From Candidatus Marinacidobacterales bacterium (GTDB lineage: Bacteria; Acidobacteriota; Vicinamibacteria; Marinacidobacterales; SMYC01): DNA of 64,000 bases. Shown here piece by piece: positions 31,714-41,927 of the stretch. The position numbers were made by a program, and so were the translations under genes. Below the pieces are notes generated by a model. The model was not told the origin of the DNA, ran no database searches, and saw only the letters and a program-made list of their open reading frames with translations. The stretch lies in assembly GCA_965224085.1 (NCBI GenBank), contig CBDCYI010000009.1, forward strand, positions 544,001 to 608,000, in the 5' to 3' direction. The stretch's first letter is position 1. The number at the start of each line of letters is the position of its first letter.

Positions 31714-32124
31714 TGTCCCTTCCATAAACTCGAGCTTGCATGAAATTGGCGAACTGCCCGCAACCAGGATGCTTTGGTCGTCTTCATGTAGGACGTTTTG
31801 AGAGCCGGCATCGGCTCTACTCAGGGGTAGAGGTGTAAGCTGGTGCGAAGCTCCGCAGCCGTCCCGAGCAGATCGGACTCAAGCAGCGCGTCGAGTGTAA
31901 TAATGATGGAGACCACCGACCTTTGGAATGGCACTCACTTTGCCCATTGCTGGCGACTCTACGCGGCGAGGCTCGGGCGCGTCTTTCTCAAGCGACAAAT
32001 GAGTCCGGCACGAATGATAGTAGTCGACGTATTTGCGTAGGATTCGCTTCAGGTGCCGCTCGTCGAGGACGATCACATGGTCGAGACACTCACGTCGAAT
32101 CGAGCCGATCACCCTTTCGACCAA
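31714..32124 (-). pseudogene. rve-type transposase C-terminus with TGT-type right end
   Basis: [14 protein letters not shown]...GGLHHYYTRRAA, followed by ...TTTATGGAAGGGACA; end repeated at 39305-39440. Confidence 0.85.
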
Positions 32125-32453
32125 TGGATTCTGCCACGGGGAGCGCGGGGCGGTAAGGACCTGCTCTATCCCGAGACCGTCGACGCGAGTATCGAAGTAT
32201 GCTCCGTAGGTCTGGTCTCGATCCCGTCCTGTGCCAAAACTCGGCCCTTTTGAAATAGGCCATAAATTAGCAACTTAGTGTCTGTGTTTGCGACCGGGCC
32301 AAGGGCCGTGGGCTTTACAATCGTCTTGGGCGGGCGGGTCGTCACCATGCAGATGACCACCTAGTCGAGAGCGAATATCGAAGCGTGTGCCTGAAGCTGT
32401 TTTCACGCTACGCCGAGCGGGCCCACCAAGGGGCTACCGTCGCCGGCGACCAT

Positions 32454-32850
32454 CTACGCGGCACGGCAGTAGTAGTTGAGAATGCCCCCAAGTCGCTCTC
32501 GCGACACGATGGGGCCAGCGTCATTCGCGCTTGCCGGCAGAGGTGTGAGGAGCTCGTTGCCGAGACCTTGGTGGTTCCGTTCTGTGTGATAGTGCACTAC
32601 GTATTCGGTTATCGCTGTCCGCAGGTGTCGCTCACTGAGAGGTACGAAGCGGTCGAGACACTCTCGACGTATGGAGAGAACGAATCTTTCCGCGTATGCG
32701 TTCAGATTCGGACTATTAGCGGGAAGGCGGAGGGGCTTCACGCCTGAATCTCTCAACAGCCCACGTACTGCCTCGGTGAATAGCGGGTCCCGGTCGTGGA
32801 TGAGGTATCGCTTGCCAAGGAGGAAACCATCCCACATGTCAGTGAGGTTT
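32454..32850 (-). pseudogene. rve-type transposase C-terminal fragment
   Basis: [48 protein letters not shown]. Confidence 0.85.
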
Positions 32851-32856
32851 CTTGCC

Positions 32857-32975
32857 GGTATTGTCAAGTTGAGGTCTCAAGCTCGAAGCGGGCCGCTAGA
32901 TGATGGGGCTTGAGCACACAGCGTTGCCAACATCTTGGGGTCGGATCGGCCCTGAATGCCTCAACTTGACAGCAA
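32857..32975. mobile_element. About 120-bp IS6-like miniature element
   Basis: TGTCAAGTTGAGG / CCTCAACTTGACA inverted repeat; same core as the IS6 end at 35269-35284. Confidence 0.6.
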
Positions 32976-33001
32976 TGGCATCGCCCGGGCGGGCGAAGGT
33001 A

Positions 33002-33210
33002 ATCGGAGACTGACCCTTTGAGATCTGTGGGAGGAAGTAGACTCCGATCGAGTGCAGCCGGGAGTCAAGGCCGAAGGTACGATGGTGCTCAGTGCCCGTT
33101 TGACAGCAAGGTCTGGAGGGTTAGCGGGAGTATCCGTGGTGGCATGTCGCGAGGCATGACCCCGTTCGAAAGAATGTTTTGAATCGCCCCTCTCTCCTGG
33201 TTGCGCCGAA
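33002..33210 (+). ncRNA. Candidate IS110 bridge RNA region
   Basis: Contains CGAAGGTAC (33072-33080), matching the reconstructed target; short inverted repeats; boundaries approximate. Confidence 0.55.
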
Positions 33211-33221
33211 AGGAGCGAGAA

Positions 33222-34610
33222 ATGGCACGTCGCGTCAGGACAAAAAGCAGTCGTCAAGCAAGACGGAAAAAATTGGAGCACGAGCTCGACACGGTAAATC
33301 TAGATGCTGCAGGGATTGATATTGGAGCGGAGTCAATCGTGGCGGCAGTCCCGAAGGGGCGCACTCCTGAGGGCGAACATGTCCGCACGTTTCAGAGCTT
33401 TGTATGCTCGCTGCGAGAGCTGGCCAATTGGCTGAAGGCGTGCGGCGTGTGCACGGTGGCGATGGAGTCGACCGGAGTTTATTGGATTCCACTGTACGAG
33501 TTGTTGGAAGACGAGGGATTTGAAGTCTATCTGGTCGATGCTCGCAAAGTGAAAAACGTATCTGGGCGCAAGTCAGACGTGTCGGATGCGGAGTGGCTGC
33601 AACAGCTGCATACATTCGGGCTACTCCCAAAAACCTTTCGGCCGGAATCGGCGATTTGCGAGCTAAGGGCATACACCCGCCAACGAAGCTCGCTGGTGGA
33701 GTCAGCGGCTCGCCACATTCAGCATATGCACAAAGCGCTCAACCAAATGGGGCTCCAGCTACAACACGTCCTGCGCGACGTGACCGGAGTCACCGGCCTT
33801 GCGATCATCCGAGCGATCTTGAGAGGAGAGCGAGATCCTCGTGACCTAGCAAAACTGAGGCATGAACGTTGCCACAACGATGAGGCCACGATCGCGAAAG
33901 CCTTAGAAGGTAACTATCGGAGCGAGCATGTTTTCGCTCTTCAACAGTCGGTGGAGTTGTACGATTTCTATCAAGAGAAAATGGAAGACTGTGACAAGCG
34001 GATCGAGAGATGCCTGTCCAAATTGGAGACCCGGCCTCAGGACGCTCGGCCTAAGCCGAAACCACGGACACGGCGAGCGCGTAGCGGCAACGGGCCGCGC
34101 TTTCCGCTCGCTGAGTCTCTATTGGGACTCACGGGGGTGGACCTAACCAGGGTTCCCGGCTTAGGTAGCTATGCCGTTCTGCAGCTCGTAGGAGAAACCG
34201 GTTGCGACATGAGCCCGTGGAAAAGTGACAAGCACTTCACCTCATGGCTAGCTCTCGCACCGAATAATAAGGAGTCCGCTGGTCGAATCTTTCGCCGGGC
34301 CACCCCAATGAGCTCCAGTCGTGCTGCAAAACTCTTTCGCCTCGCCGCGTGCGCTGTCCGCAATACCCAAACCGCGCTCGGCGCTTTCTATCGACGAATC
34401 CGATCGCGACGAGGTGCTCCAAAGGCCATCACAGCTACCGCCCGTAAAATAGCGACCATCTACTTCCGCATGCTTGCGACTGGAGAGGAGTTCATTGAGC
34501 TCGGTCAGGACGCCTATGAAAGGCAATACCAGCAACGCCTCCTGAGTAATCTCCGACGCAAAGCTACCCGACTCGGCTTCAGCCTCGTTCCCGATCAATC
34601 CATATCATGA
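33222..34610 (+). CDS. IS110-family DEDD recombinase/transposase
   Basis: AGIDIG, MESTGVYW, KSDVSDA, NNKESAG; AAGGAG RBS. Confidence 0.95.
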   Translation: MARRVRTKSSRQARRKKLEHELDTVNLDAAGIDIGAESIVAAVPKGRTPEGEHVRTFQSFVCSLRELANWLKACGVCTVAMESTGVYWIPLYELLEDEGFEVYLVDARKVKNVSGRKSDVSDAEWLQQLHTFGLLPKTFRPESAICELRAYTRQRSSLVESAARHIQHMHKALNQMGLQLQHVLRDVTGVTGLAIIRAILRGERDPRDLAKLRHERCHNDEATIAKALEGNYRSEHVFALQQSVELYDFYQEKMEDCDKRIERCLSKLETRPQDARPKPKPRTRRARSGNGPRFPLAESLLGLTGVDLTRVPGLGSYAVLQLVGETGCDMSPWKSDKHFTSWLALAPNNKESAGRIFRRATPMSSSRAAKLFRLAACAVRNTQTALGAFYRRIRSRRGAPKAITATARKIATIYFRMLATGEEFIELGQDAYERQYQQRLLSNLRRKATRLGFSLVPDQSIS

Positions 34611-34645
34611 AAAATGCCTTCGGCCGGGAGTGTCAGTCGAAAGTA

Positions 34646-35284
34646 CCATCACGGTTTCCTACGAAGCGATCCGACTTTGGTGCATCAAGTTCGGGCCGGA
34701 ATACGCTCGGCGACTGAAGCGTCGGCAGGGTCGTCTCGGTGACACGTGGCACCTAGACGAGGTCTTCATAAAGATACAAGGTGAACGCCAATACCTCTGG
34801 CGTGCGGTAGACCAAGATGGTGATGTAATTGATATCCTCGTCCAGCCTCGTCGTGATCGGAAAGCCGCGAAACGATTCTTCCGCAAGCTGTTGAAGGGGC
34901 AAGGCCGTCCGCCCTGGCAGCTGGTCACCGACAAACTGAGAAGCTACAGTGCCGCTCACCGCGAGGTCATGCCGTCCGTCGTCCACGACACTGACCAGTA
35001 CAGAAACAACCTAGCCGAAGTCTCGCACGAACCGACGCGACAACGGGAACGACAGATGCGGAAGTTTAAAACTCCTGGGCAGGCGCAACGATTCTTGACC
35101 GTGCACGGACTCGTGCAAAACCTCTTTCGCGTCGGACGGCATTTGTTGCAAGCGCATCATCATCGGGAGCTACGAGACCGCGCTTTCATCGTCTGGCAGG
35201 AGGTAACCTGTGCCGTCCGATGAGAGCAAAGGAAGTCAGCTCGACGCGATAGGTTCGCTCGCTCAACGTCAACTTGACAATATT
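34646..35284 (+). pseudogene. IS6-family transposase lacking its N-terminus, with right inverted repeat
   Basis: VSYEAIRLW, WHLDEVF, YLWRAVDQ, TDKLRSY, NNLAEVSHEPTR; end TCAACTTGACAATATT. Confidence 0.88.
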
Positions 35285-35790
35285 CTTCCATGCAATATGA
35301 AAGGCGATGAACGTCTTGCCCGTGCCCGTCGCCAGCGTGAGCAGGATGCGATCTTTCTCGGCGGCGATTGCCTCCATCGCCCGTTCGATTGCCAGGTCCT
35401 GATAATAGCGTGCCTGGAAAAATCCTCCCCTGTCCTCAAAAGGGACAGTGGCAAAGCGGTCCCGCCAGGCGTTTGCTTCGGCGAAGGTCAGGTTCCACAG
35501 TTCTTTGGGGGAAGGAAATTGAAGGACTTCGCCCTCCGTCCCCTCCTTCATGTCGATGCCGTAGATGCCCTGGCCGTTGGTGGAGTAGGTATAGCGGATG
35601 GCGAGCTTCCCGGCGTAGCTCTTCGCCTGCCCGACCCCTTCGGTCAAAGGCTTGTCCCAAGCCTTGGCCTCCACCACTGCCAGTTTGTGGTTGCGATACA
35701 CCAGGACGTAGTCGGCTATGTCCGGCTTGGCCCGCTTCCCGTGGCCTTCGATTCGGCCCAGCGTGATGTGATACTCGCGCAGGATGCGGC
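35285..35790 (-). pseudogene. Type I HsdR (EcoEI-like) N-terminal fragment
   Basis: ADYVLVYRNHKLAVVEAK, RYYQDLAI, LATGTGKT; cut by the IS6 end. Confidence 0.85.
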
Positions 35791-35804
35791 TGCCTCATCC
35801 ACGT

Positions 35805-37255
35805 GTCAAGGAGTCGACGATCATCCTCACTTGCCAGCATGCCCACACCAGTAGCCGATGGCCGCGGCGACGGCGACGCGAGCATCCTTGGAACAGAACA
35901 TCTTCTGGAGAGTGGCCGGGGGCACCTCTCCTCGAAGACACCACGCGTCGACATGCTGGCGAAAATCTCCCGCCGCATTGAGAGCAGCCGATAGGAGTTT
36001 CCGGGGCGGTGCGGCGTGCGTGACGACAGCGTGTATTCCGAGTGCCCCGGTAATCGTCGGTATCGAGACAGCGATCAACGAGCACGGGCCAGCGTGGGCG
36101 ATTCGTGCTGGCTGCCTGGAGAACAAACGGCCCGACGAGATCGAACGGGAGCCTGTGGTCCATGAAGTTCTCGGCCACGGCGACTGGGTCGGGAACACGC
36201 TTGGCAAGTTCCGCACACAGGTAAGGCGACCAGCGAGGGTAGCGGATACCCGCGAGACCCGCCTCTGACTCGATCCGTGCGAGTGTTCGCGTCATTTCCT
36301 TGAGAGGCTGGCGCTCCCATGCCTCCACAACACTGTCCAGTGGACCAGCTTTCATCATCTTGACCGTTTCGTCCGGACCGAGCTTCTGATGCAGTGCCTC
36401 GAACTCCGGGTCCAGAGTCACGGCGATGTTCAAGCCAGCCCGTTCCCCGGTCACCTTCAGCTCATGCTGGACACCAGGATGCCCACGGGAGACATCGGCC
36501 AAGTCCCGGAGCATGCGGTCGGCGAATGAACGCATTGCGGTTCGTATTTCGTCGGGAACGTGCCCGTGCGGTGGAGCCCAGGGGGCCAACCAGCCGAACG
36601 CGAGTCCCACCAAGTCCGTCCATGGCGCACGGTCCGTCTCGCGCACTGCCTGAGACACCATAGGCCATAGCTTCTTCAGAGATTCGATGTGATGTTGCAA
36701 GAGGAGGTCGTAATGGAGGGTGATCGTCCGCCCGGCTCCTGGGTCGGCGGTGGCGTAGTCGGATCTCGGAGCGAGCGCGATGCACATCGCGCGAATCGCG
36801 GCACTTGGGTCGCCGCCCTGGCGTCGCCAACGGTCCGCGCCACGCAGCAAGGATGACCGCCGGTAGAGCAGGTCTTGTCCTCTACGCGGCGGGCCGGTGG
36901 CCCATCTAGTCAAGATGCCTAACGGCTTCTCAGACAGTGAATCTGCTGCCCGTAGTTCTTCCCCCGCACACACCCGGTCGAGCAGCAACGGAATCACTCG
37001 TTCCGGATCTTGCTCCAGCGCCTCGCGGCCGACTGCCAAGAGCAGATCGGGATGGCGCTCCATCACGTAGCGCGCCTCCGACGGCCCAAGCGACGCGTAC
37101 TTCGACCAGAGGCTTGTGGACCTGTGGTTTGGCAGCCGTCTCGCCACCAGTTCTAGACGAGGTTCAAGGTCGGGAATCGAGGCGCCGCGCGCGCGCGCCC
37201 ATCAACGTATCGAGCGTATCTTCGGCGCTTTCCACGTTCTCCAGAAACGCATCAA
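35805..37255 (-). pseudogene. C-terminal part of a large hypothetical protein, truncated and frameshifted
   Basis: About 450 codons of plausible protein that changes frame near 36045; 5' end cut at the element end near 37268. Confidence 0.45.
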
Positions 37256-37349
37256 CGGCGATGCGACCCCGTCCTGTGCCAAAACTCGGCCCTTTTGAAA
37301 TAGCCAATAAATCAGCAGCTTAGTGTCTGTGTTTGAGGTTCTTGAGGGT

Positions 37350-38010
37350 TGTGCCTTCTATTTATTCATCCGCACGCACCAAACTTGATTAATCTTCGGT
37401 CTGCCAGCACCATGCCGGCATGATTTCGTCGTTGGTTCCCGCTCTCATCTCTGCCTTCAAGGCTCGTCGCAAGCTGGCTCTCGAGAATGTCGCTCTTCGG
37501 CAGCAGCTCGCCGTGCTCCGCCGTTCGGTGAAACGGACGCGGCTCTCGAAGGTCGACCGCGGGTTTTGGGTGCTGTTGCACAGAATTTTGGACTGACTGG
37601 GAGAGCGTCCTCGTCATCGTGAAACCTGAGACGGTCGTCCGCTGGCACCGTTGTGGGTTCAGACGATATTGGACTTGGAAGAGCCGGCGGCGTAGGCCCG
37701 GACGACCAAGCGTCGCTCCCGAAATACGTGAGCTGATACGGAACATGAGCAGGGCCAACCCTCTCTGGGGAACTCCCCGCGTGCATGGCGAGCTGGCGAA
37801 GCTAGGCATCTCCATTTCCCAGGCCGCCGTCTCCAAGTATATGGTTTGCCATCGCATGCCACCGTCCCATACTTGGCGGAGCTTTCTCGATAATCATGCA
37901 AACGACTTGGTGTCGCTCGACTTTTTCACTTTGCCGACCGCAACCTTCAGAGTTCTGTTCGTCTTCATTGTTCTTCGCCACGACCGTCGCCGTATCGTTC
38001 ATTTCAATGT
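37350..38010 (+). pseudogene. TGT-type left end plus frameshifted rve transposase 5' half
   Basis: TGTGCCTTCTATTTATTC end; MISSLV...LALENVALRQQL, KPETVVRWHR, NPLWGTPRVHGEL, DFFTLPT. Confidence 0.85.
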
Positions 38011-38448
38011 GTGCGAGGGAACTCGTAGAAAGTGAGCAGCTGTTTGCCGGCCTCCTCGATGCTTCGAACGACGGCCGGGGCGAGCGCTTCCCATTTGGTA
38101 ACGAACGGTGCTTGCGCCGTTTGCTGTTGGTGATGTGTAGGCATCCCTTCGCAAAAAAGGCGCTTACGCTCCATTTAGCACGCAGCGAAGGTCGTGAGCG
38201 CTATTTTGGCTGTAATTTAGTGCACCGTGTGTGCGAGGGAACTCGTAGAAAGTGAGCAGCTGTTCGCCGGCCTCCTCGATGCTTCGAACGACGGCCGGGG
38301 CGAGCGCTTCCCATTTGGTAACGAACGGTGCTTGCGCCGTTTGCTGTTGGTGATGTGTAGGCATCCCTTCGCAAAAAAGGCGCTTACGCTCCATTTAGCA
38401 CGCAGCGAAGGTCGTGAGCGCTATTTTGGCTGTAATTTAGTGCACCGT
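38008..38448 (+). repeat. 220-bp tandem duplication (1 mismatch seen)
   Basis: 38008-38227 repeated at 38228-38447; the unit is an IS256 fragment plus a dispersed repeat also seen at about 388-475 and 7345-7478. Confidence 0.9.
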
Positions 38449-38460
38449 AAAGTCTTAGTG

Positions 38461-38605
38461 TGCAGGCGTTGCCATTTGAGGCTGTCTTTCCAACGAGTGA
38501 AAAAGGCGCGAGCGCCGCGTTCGGTGCGGTAATCCCAGAGTTGCCCGAAGGCCTCCTTGAAAATATAGGCGGTGTTCAGGCGCCGGTTGGCCTGGAGCAA
38601 TTTTT
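38461..38605 (-). pseudogene. ISL3-family transposase fragment
   Basis: LLQANRRLNTAYIFKEAFGQLWDY...FFTRWKDSLKWQRL. Confidence 0.75.
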
Positions 38606-38646
38606 GGGATTTACAAAGCTAGCTTGACAACTCGCATAAGCATTCA

Positions 38647-38913
38647 TCACGGGAGTCGTTTGTCGAACGCCCGAATTACTTCTTTTCCTACTATTTCCCC
38701 TATATCTTTGCGAATTCGAGTTTCGGATTTCTTGATTTCGCTTTTGATCTCATTAGATACCGTTTTGCGTGTTTTCATCAAGACGGTATCCATTCGCTTA
38801 TTCATCCGCTTTTCCATTGGGATCAAACCACGTTTGACTGAATCCTCGAAAGCGACTCGCATTGCCCGGGCAAGTAAATCATAGCTATCCGCTCTGCCAT
38901 TAGCTTTTTTCAT
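38647..38913 (-). CDS. Low-GC hypothetical coiled-coil protein
   Basis: 88 aa; AAGGA RBS; ATGA overlap with the upstream ORF. Confidence 0.55.
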   Translation of the reverse strand: MKKANGRADSYDLLARAMRVAFEDSVKRGLIPMEKRMNKRMDTVLMKTRKTVSNEIKSEIKKSETRIRKDIGEIVGKEVIRAFDKRLP

Positions 38914-39441
38914 TTTTTATTCCTTAAATCTATCTGATTTAGATGCTCTTGACTTATGGTGCTCTCATAGATTTCGGCTATCTTTATCCAAGGATTATCA
39001 TAAAAGCTAGCTTTTATGTTTGAGTCCGTGTTAGGGTTGGGCCCTGACTGCAACTTCACGTCCGGCGGAAATTCTACGTCGTCCCGATCCGGCAATAAGA
39101 TCCGCAACTCAGGATCCCATTTGTCGTAGTCCGTCACCGCGTCGATCGGGAAGTACTTGTCCTCGCGCGGCACAGGCCGGTATCCCGCCATGTTTCGGTA
39201 CTTCTCTTCGAACGAGGCCTGGGATTTCGGCGGGACCTCCGCATGGAACTCTCCGCGCCGAGCTAGGAACCCGAGTGTCCTGAAATACGCCGCCGACTGG
39301 TGGGTGTCCCTTCCATAAACTCGAGCTGCGTGAAATTAGCGAGCTGCCTGCAACCAGGATGCTTGGGTCGTCTTCATGTAGGACGTTTCGAGGATCGGCG
39401 TCGGCTCTACTCAGGGGTATAGGTGTAAGCTGGCGCGAAGT

Positions 39442-40636
39442 CCCCATCTGGTCAATAAACTCAAACGCGCTCCCGTAGGCCAGTTTGAGAGGGCTTGGCC
39501 TCGGCCTGTTAGACCGGTTGAATCACAGGTCGTGGTCAGGTACTTACTCTAGTTCTCCGGGGAGACACAATGGACTGGAAGACCATGCTGGCGTACATCA
39601 CGGGATCGGTCGACCGAGAACTGCTCCTGCGCAACGAGTACTCGTTACCGAGAATCGTATTCTTCGAGATCAGCTGCAAGGCCGTTTGCGCCTGACCGAT
39701 GGTGAGCGGAGAACCTTGGCGGAGATAGGAAAACAGCTCGGCAAGCGCGCGCTCGAAGAGGTGGCGAGTATCGTCAGGCCCGATACGATTCTCGGGTGGC
39801 ACCGCAAGCTCATCGCCAGGAAGTTCGACGGTTCCAAGAACCGGACGTATCCGGGGCGACCACGAATCGACGAAAAGATCGAACAGCTGATTATCCGCTT
39901 CGCGAGAGAGAACCGATCGTGGGGCTATGATCGCATTGCCGGGGCCATGGCGAACCTCGGGTATCGAGCGAGCGACCAAACCGTCGGCAACATACTGAAG
40001 CGCCACAGTATACCGCCCGCGCCGGAGCGAGAAAAGACAACGACGTGGAACGATTTCATCCGCTCGCACATGGACGTCCTTGCGGCAACGGATTTCTTCA
40101 CCGCGGAGGTGTGGACGAAGTCCGGGCTGGTCACCTACTACATTTTATTCTTCATACACCTAGCTACGCGACGCGTTCATATTGCCGGTATCACACCCTA
40201 TCCAGACGAAAGGTGGATGACCCAAGTGGCCCGGAATGTGACCATGGCGGATGTCGGCTTTCTTTGCTCGACCCGCTACTTGATCCACGATCGCGACTCG
40301 AAATTCTGCGCGTCGTTTCAGCGGACACTCGAAGAGGTGGGTATCAAGACCGTCAAACTGCCTGCGAGAAGCCCGAATTTGAACTCCTTCGCGGAGCGCT
40401 GGGTGAAGTCTGTGAAGGAAGAATGTCTATCGAAGCTGATCTTGTTCGGCGAGCCAGCATTCAGACGGTGTCTGGCTTCCTATCTCGCTCATTATCATGG
40501 AGAGAGGAACCATCAAGGCAAGGAAAACGTCGTTCTCTTTCCGTCTGTAGAAAGCAGCGGCCCCCGCGAAGGGCCAATCCTTTGTCGGGAAAGGCTCGGT
40601 GGGCTGCTGAGATACTACCACCGAGAGGCGGCATGA
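39442..40636 (+). pseudogene. Near-complete rve/IS481-like element, frameshift near 39643
   Basis: MDWKTMLAYITGSVDRELLLRNEY start at about 39570; PDTILGWHR, ATDFFT, HDRDSKF, AERWVKSVKEECL, YYHREAA. Confidence 0.88.
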
Positions 40637-41095
40637 AAACTGGAGCCACGGCCGGCGAGAAGGAAATTCAGACCACCGGGTTCTTTGTCTTCGGCGCCCT
40701 CACTTTGATCGTGGCACTCCTTAAGCTGGCCGTTTTCAGCGACTGGTCGTGGTGGCGAGTATCACTACCCATCTTGATCTTTGTCGGCTTCAATATCGCT
40801 TACATAGTCACGGGCTTTGGCTATCTGTCCTTTGCTGAGGCCAGGGAAAGACCCTCCCAGGGACGAAGTCAACCCACTCGGTCAGCATCACGGCCCGCTC
40901 TACTGGAGCTCGATGCTCTTCTTCGCGGCGTTTGCCGATAATCTGGTCCGATACCTAGAAGGCACCGAGGACTCATTCTGGTTTTGGGGTCTGTCTGGGC
41001 GCCTTGAAGCGGTGTTCATTTTCGGCAGTCTCAGTATCGTCGGCCTATTCCTGTATTGGTCGGCGATCACACGTAGCCTTGTTGAGCCGGAGTAA
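40633..41095 (+). pseudogene. Small membrane protein, frameshifted near 40860
   Basis: ATGA overlap with the transposase; hydrophobic helices in two frames. Confidence 0.5.
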
Positions 41096-41114
41096 TTCGT
41101 GTAACACGGCCGTG

Positions 41115-41765
41115 TCAACCCGTATTCGGGTCGTGCCACGCGATCGAAGTGACGGACGAATTTCTTGACCAAACGGGCATCGGCATCATGATATGCATCG
41201 ACGCACGGTTGACGTCCCAGTCGACCTCTTCGTGCGTAACGTTTCTTATATAGATGTTGTGGCGCTCCCATAGCATGTCATTGAGGTCCTTCGTGGCGAC
41301 GCCGTTCACCGTGAACGACACCAGGGCGCAACTCATACGCGGATCATCGGAAACGTAGACGTCGGTGCCGTCGATCGCACGGAGTCCATCGCGGAGCTTC
41401 TTCGCGAGGTAACGATCGCGGGCCTCGATGGCGGCTGGAGTCAAGTGGAGAGCTTCGACCTGACGCTCATGAACGTAGCGAGGAGATGGCCCGCGCGTTC
41501 CGGTGTTCATGTACATGAGACCGTCGCGAAGGAGACACTGCGACGCCACCGCCTCCCAGGCCCGCTCGTCATCGGGTGCGGGCGCTTTCGCGAACGCACT
41601 CAAACCGGGGGTGGCAACTGCCGCTTGGGATGCGCTCGTGTCCAAAAGCGGGGCGAAGGGGGCCGATGCCGCCGCCCCGCCCACGACGCCGAGGAATACT
41701 CGACGAGACAGTGTTTTCAATTTTCTCGGGTCTTCTACCAACGAATCGAAATTGAGCTCGCCCAT
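41115..41765 (-). pseudogene. Tat-exported class V aminotransferase-like protein with large internal deletion
   Basis: SRRVFLG; YMNTGTRGPSP joined directly to ALVSFTV...LWERHNIYIR...RASMHIM. Confidence 0.7.
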
Positions 41766-41769
41766 GGTC

Positions 41770-41901
41770 GACCTCACGTGCTTTATATCCTTGATAGCCC
41801 AGATCATCGCTTATTTTAACTACGCGAACCGTGTTCTCAATGGTCTCGGTGTGACGACGATGGGCGACGTGCTTGGAACATCGCCGCGTACGGAGAGATA
41901 G
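41770..41901 (+). pseudogene. AhpD/peroxidase-related C-terminal fragment
   Basis: IAQIIAYFNYANRVLNGLGV. Confidence 0.55.
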
Positions 41902-41927
41902 GACACGCTCCCTCACAACGCATCGCG

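Larger units (their letters stand above)
32999..34645 (+). mobile_element. IS110-family element, copy B (distinct from copy A)
   Basis: DEDD recombinase with about 220-bp 5' non-coding end; GTA at both inferred junctions. Confidence 0.8.

Noticed and set aside
39485-39645. N-terminus of the 383-aa transposase ORF
   Set aside because: The true start (MDWKTML) is in another frame; a frameshift near 39643 explains it.
661-41100. Integron cassette array interpretation of the repeat/cargo pattern
   Set aside because: No tyrosine integrase or recognisable attC structure; repeats occur in both orientations and truncate genes.
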